Of a DNA stretch of 64,000 bases, positions 62,116 to 64,000 are shown piece after piece. Both the position numbers and the translations under genes were made by a program. The notes beneath the pieces are model-generated. The model had not been told where the DNA came from and did no database searches. It saw nothing but the letters and a program-made list of their open reading frames with translations. How positions within the stretch are numbered: the stretch's first letter is position 1; the number at the start of each line of letters is the position of its first letter. The stretch is from Callorhinchus milii (taxonomy: Eukaryota), in NCBI RefSeq assembly GCF_018977255.1, contig NW_024704742.1, forward strand, positions 91,948,001 to 92,012,000, in the 5' to 3' direction.

Positions 62116-62310
62116 CATCTGATTCCGCTATTTCTTCAGCATGGGTCTCTCTCTGTGGTTCACCGTCTGCAGACGTAGAGGCTGCTGGAGGGTCAGTGTG
62201 CCGTTTGGATACTGGCAGGATGTGGCCATGCACTTTCAGATAATGCTGTTTCAGCTGGCTTACCATCATTGTGGTATGGGAACAGAAGGAACACTTGTAG
62301 CTATGCTCCA
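62116..62310 (-). CDS. ZNF462: ZNF462 internal coding exon (C2H2 finger YKCSFCSHTTMMVSQLKQHYLKVH)
   Basis: accag|...|gtaagc. 195 nt, phase 1-1, matching the ZNF462 C-terminal finger region. Confidence 0.9.
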
Positions 62311-64000
62311 CTGGTAAAACACAACACATTTTGAACATGTTGGCTAAGCTTACCATAATATTCCATTTGAGATTAGTGGACAATTGCAAATGACGAGTGG
62401 TCGGGAGTCAATTCTGCATGTGGCATGGCTATGTGTGATATAGAACAGCCATTTCACTTTTTAAATGCCTTCACATAACTTCATTACCCAATGGCCAAAT
62501 TAAGTGTAAGGTACATCATCATTACACACTGGAAGAAATACAATTTAGAAGTGTAGGTTTCTTTCATCTCTATACTGAAATGATCCTTATTTCTGGAAAA
62601 ATATTGTCAGCTCCTATTGACTCTGTCCCCCAAGACCCAATAGATTTAAATCATGTATTTATTATTACAAAATATCACATTGGACACTCGGGTTCCCCTT
62701 CTCAAGAGTAAATTACTAGCTTAACTATTGATGGATTTACTTTCTTATCCAATTTACAAGTTAATCTTCTATCCACTATAGAATTGACTGATTGACACCT
62801 CAAATGTTACAAAGCTGTAGATGAGTTTAAGAAAACACTCCCAGTCAACTTCACTGTGTTGTCATTTGAGAATCTGCAAGGTTTTATCATGTCTACTATA
62901 AGTTTTGTTGGCCCTATACCTTTAATGAAATGGGGGACAACAATTGCTATAATTTCTTCACAGGTCACCTAAATGGATCAAGAATTCTTCAAGTGTCAGT
63001 GTAAATAACTCAGCTAACTAATCAAGGTCCCTTTTTCCTCTTACAAAGCATGCAGGCAAGCAATAAATAAACTTTGCTGTTCTGTTCTACATCAGGAAAG
63101 TTAGACCATGTTGTTTTTGCTGTTATACGATAGTGAAATGAATGCACAATGTAATAGCTTTATGGGTTTCTCCAGTTTTCCGACCATTAACATTTTTAGA
63201 TTTGGAAATCAATTTTTACTGTGATATATCAAGAGCTCTTTCTAATCTGTTGCCACCGCATCCACAACCTCAAACTCAATCAGGATTCTCATGACCTGAA
63301 TTAACTTATTCCACTGAGAATTCCTTCATCTAGTTTTATATCCGGTACGATACGCACTCTGGACCCATATGCATATCCCATCTAGAGGGGCCAGTGCATT
63401 GCGGCACAGTAAACTCAGTTTTGTGCACATCAAATAAAAAACAGTTGCGTTCTATTTGTTTCCGAAAGCTAGAGAATTTATAGAGAGGGTAAGCACGCAT
63501 GCAATAGAACTTCGGTGTTGCTCTTATGCATTTATTTCTACATGATGAACTATGGCAAACTTAACTCGTGCTATTTTGAGTTAATAACAGGGTGAAACAA
63601 TATCCTCAAATCTCTTTGTGAATCTTTAACACCAAGCTCTACTAAATTTGCTGGTGAAGGGGAAGAAAAAGGGGAACTCAGCCACCCAGTGTCAACATCC
63701 ATTGACACCATTTGGAGTATGTGGACGTTGGACAAGAACAGCGTTGGGCTCGGTTGCAGAGGCCAAAATAAACCTTGTATGCTCTTTGTCAAAACTCATA
63801 CATGCAGATATAGGTCATTGGGCAATGCACCAGAGGAGTCATGCACACATAGGATTCTATCCAAGTAGAAGGAAAAAGGGAGTCGAACAGCATGAAGGGG
63901 GATAAAATTACTTGCATCTGACATAACACCTTTCACAGCAGGAGGATGTCACAAAGCGCTTCACAGGATTTACTGTAAAGTGCAGTGACTGTATATTTTG

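Overview
This is vertebrate genomic DNA, most likely from a cartilaginous fish (inferred from the CR1/L2 LINEs and Deu-domain-like tRNA SINEs). Two spliced genes lie in tandem on the minus strand. The last seven coding exons and 3' UTR of ZNF462 span about 62.3-44.4 kb, and the first four coding exons of RAD23B span 9018-2643 and run off the left edge. This is the gene order I recall from human 9q31. All 11 exons have intact GT/AG sites and join in frame. The standout is a ~5.1 kb array of a 36-bp unit (2 x 18 bp, ~140 copies) between the NRF1/CCAAT-rich CpG-island promoter (~14.64-14.96 kb) and the RAD23B start codon. Every unit carries a splice-donor-like motif on each strand. One minus-strand frame reads as a Ser/Thr-rich repeat, (AHQVTSAQPVTS)n, and the array shows polarity and a ~1.62 kb higher-order duplication. 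A ZNF462 intron holds a candidate 72-nt stop-containing (poison) exon inside a MEIS/PBX-HOX motif cluster. The rest is intronic or intergenic sequence with nested SINEs and LINEs and one unclassified repeat family. Most ORFs in the supplied track are spurious or decayed LINE pieces. Repeat boundaries are approximate and were read by eye; comparisons to human are from memory.
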